DNA of 24,940 nt from a virus, in IMG/VR virus record IMGVR_UViG_3300045988_097034, positions 1 through 24,940 of that record. The stretch is one strand, 5' to 3'. The notes under the pieces were generated by a model. The model saw only the letters and a program-made list of their open reading frames with translations. It was not told the DNA's origin and did not search any database. Below are positions 24,321 through 24,940 of this stretch, one piece after another (position 1 is the stretch's first letter; every line of letters begins with the position of its first letter). The translations under genes were made by a program, and so were the position numbers.

Positions 24321-24480
24321 TGTGATTTCTCCTGAACATTACAAATTCGTGAATAGTTTGTGCAAGTACAATAACTGCATTTATGCCCAAGGCTATGCGA
24401 GCAACAACAAAAAAATTACTTGCAACGCATACGATAAATAAACAAATAAGGCTGAACAGCCAAAAATTATTTTTCTTCAT
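24313..24480 (-). CDS. Small hydrophobic membrane protein (55 aa), overlapping the downstream HTH gene by 8 nt
   Basis: My translation: MKKNNFWLFSLICLFIVCVASNFFVVARIALGINAVIVLAQTIHEFVMFRRNHNE. The stop lies within ATGAATAA at the HTH start. Weak RBS GAAAGGA. Confidence 0.5.
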   Translation of the reverse strand: MKKNNFWLFSLICLFIVCVASNFFVVARIALGINAVIVLAQTIHEFVMFRRNHNE

Positions 24481-24481
24481 A

Positions 24482-24510
24482 TTGCATTATTCCTTTCATA
24501 TTGATATAAT
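24482..24510 (+). promoter_or_regulatory. Plus-strand extended -10 promoter pointing into the 39-codon ORF (antisense)
   Basis: TTGCAT (24482-24487), 17 nt, TATAAT (24505-24510), with TGA at 24502-24504. Confidence 0.45.
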
Positions 24511-24516
24511 AATATT

Positions 24517-24645
24517 ATCCCCATAAGGGGGGAGGGGCTTAAAGCCCCTCTTGATGTTACCACCATCTAATGGCTGTTATCAGAGCAGATAGGGCAAGTA
24601 TCGCTTTGATTATCAACTCAACCATTTTGATGGTGGATTTTTTTA
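24517..24645 (+). ncRNA. Candidate antisense RNA of about 130 nt covering the whole 39-codon ORF
   Basis: Predicted TSS about 24517. Two 5' hairpins (CCCC/GGGG 24519-24530; GAGGGGC/GCCCCTC 24532-24550). Long interrupted stem CCACCATC..AATGG (24560-24573) / CCATT..GATGGTGG (24622-24636) followed by T7 (24638-24644). Confidence 0.3.
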
Positions 24646-24676
24646 TCGGCTTTTTTATTTCATCACCCCCTTTCAT
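24557..24676 (-). CDS. 39-aa peptide with basic N-terminus and hydrophobic C-terminal helix (candidate small membrane toxin-like peptide); possibly leaderless
   Basis: My translation: MKGGDEIKKPIKKSTIKMVELIIKAILALSALITAIRWW. The ATG starts 8 nt after the -10 of a perfect consensus promoter and has no RBS upstream. Confidence 0.35.
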   Translation of the reverse strand: MKGGDEIKKPIKKSTIKMVELIIKAILALSALITAIRWW

Positions 24677-24683
24677 TGTTTAT

Positions 24684-24712
24684 ATTATACACCTAATAGG
24701 TGTATTTGTCAA
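24684..24712 (-). promoter_or_regulatory. Perfect consensus sigma-A promoter reading leftward from the attR arm
   Basis: Minus strand: TTGACA (24712..24707), 17 nt, TATAAT (24689..24684), with an AT-rich upstream region containing TTATAAAAT twice. Confidence 0.65.
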
Positions 24713-24867
24713 GCGCTTTTGCAGAAAAATTATAAAATTTTATAAAATAGTTCACAAATTAAAGGTGAGGTGAATATTACAACTTTTTTCTGCCTTGCAT
24801 TTGCAATGCATTTTTAGCTGATTTTCGTGTATTTCAGTGTATTTTAACACACAAAGGATATAAAAAT

Positions 24868-24912
24868 AACCGCACTAAAAAGCTTGAAAATAGCTTTCTA
24901 ATGCGGTTTTTC
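24868..24912. terminator. Long hairpin terminator directly downstream of the tRNA 3' end (phage-supplied), also blocking rightward readout of the prophage
   Basis: 15 of 17 positions pair between 24868-24884 and 24892-24908, with loop TGAAAAT. The hairpin is followed by a T-run on the plus strand and by TTATTTTTAT on the minus strand. Confidence 0.6.
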
Positions 24913-24940
24913 TTTGGTGCGCCAACAGGGACTCGAACCC
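24913..24940. repeat. attR core, direct-repeat copy 2 (truncated by the window end)
   Basis: Identical to 1-28. Confidence 0.85.
24915..24940 (-). tRNA. 3' end (CCA, acceptor strand, T-arm) of the target tRNA gene, continuing beyond the window; probably tRNA(CAU)
   Basis: Reverse complement reads ...GGGTTCGAGTCCCTGTTGGCGCACCA. The 5' part lies outside the window. The anticodon is inferred only from the left remnant. Confidence 0.7.

Larger units (their letters stand above)
1..24940. mobile_element. Integrated temperate tailed prophage (siphovirus-type tail, HK97-type head module, HNH/cos-type packaging), about 24.9 kb between att repeats
   Basis: Direct repeat 1-28 = 24913-24940 derived from a tRNA 3' end. 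Integrase lies next to the left repeat. Canonical lysogeny, early, packaging, head, tail and lysis gene order fills the interval. Confidence 0.9.

Noticed and set aside
24129-24335. Plus-strand 68-aa ORF from the track
   Set aside because: It has no RBS and a Cys/Phe-rich, low-complexity-like sequence. The opposite strand encodes a well-formed HTH protein with a good RBS, plus an overlapping small membrane ORF. It is treated as a shadow ORF.
24570-24773. Plus-strand 67-aa ORF from the track
   Set aside because: It has no RBS and runs straight through the minus-strand consensus promoter. Its hydrophobic, odd composition is the mirror of the minus-strand 39-codon ORF and the AT-rich promoter region.
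1-24940. Search for a CRISPR array, reverse transcriptase (retron/DGR), restriction-modification or other known multi-gene defence signatures
   Set aside because: No repeat-spacer array, RT motif (YxDD), methyltransferase or large ATPase/helicase defence gene could be recognised in any frame. The accessory content is limited to the small cassettes reported above.

Overview
The window is almost exactly one integrated, compact (about 24.9 kb) temperate tailed prophage of a low-GC Gram-positive host (GGAGG-type RBSs, frequent TTG/GTG starts). It is bounded by a direct repeat (1-28 = 24913-24940, cut by the window edge) that is the 3' end of a minus-strand tRNA. The left copy is a truncated remnant that still shows the T-arm and a CTCATAA (CAU) anticodon loop. 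The right copy runs out of the window and is presumably the intact gene. Gene order is canonical. Lysogeny module: attL, tyrosine integrase, membrane HIRAN-like gene, ImmA/IrrE-like protease, XRE repressor, then divergently Cro-like and Xis-like genes. Early region: a ParB-like gene broken by two homopolymer frameshifts, a second XRE, VRR-NUC and unknowns. Then a 343-bp structured non-coding region, a HUH Rep-like protein and a sigma/ArpU-like regulator. Packaging and head: HNH, candidate cos, TerS, TerL, HK97-type portal, ClpP-like protease and capsid, connectors. Tail: major tail protein, chaperone with a -1 frameshift site, tape measure, Dit, Tal, BppU-like fibre. Lysis: holin, a reverse-strand AT-rich gene, amidase/SH3 endolysin. 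A small reverse-strand cassette precedes attR. The loci most worth follow-up are: (a) the self-contained reverse-strand gene that splits holin from endolysin and carries an Rx4H HEPN-like motif; (b) the attR-proximal cassette, with a perfect consensus promoter, a possibly leaderless 39-aa hydrophobic peptide, a convergent antisense promoter, and overlapping small-membrane-protein and HTH genes; (c) the membrane-anchored HIRAN-like protein, flanked by two promoter-plus-terminator units that look like small plus-strand RNAs; (d) the HUH Rep-like gene with a hairpin-rich upstream region in a phage that has no other recognisable replication gene. All functional calls come from motif recognition by eye. 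No database or structure search was possible, so family assignments are hypotheses.
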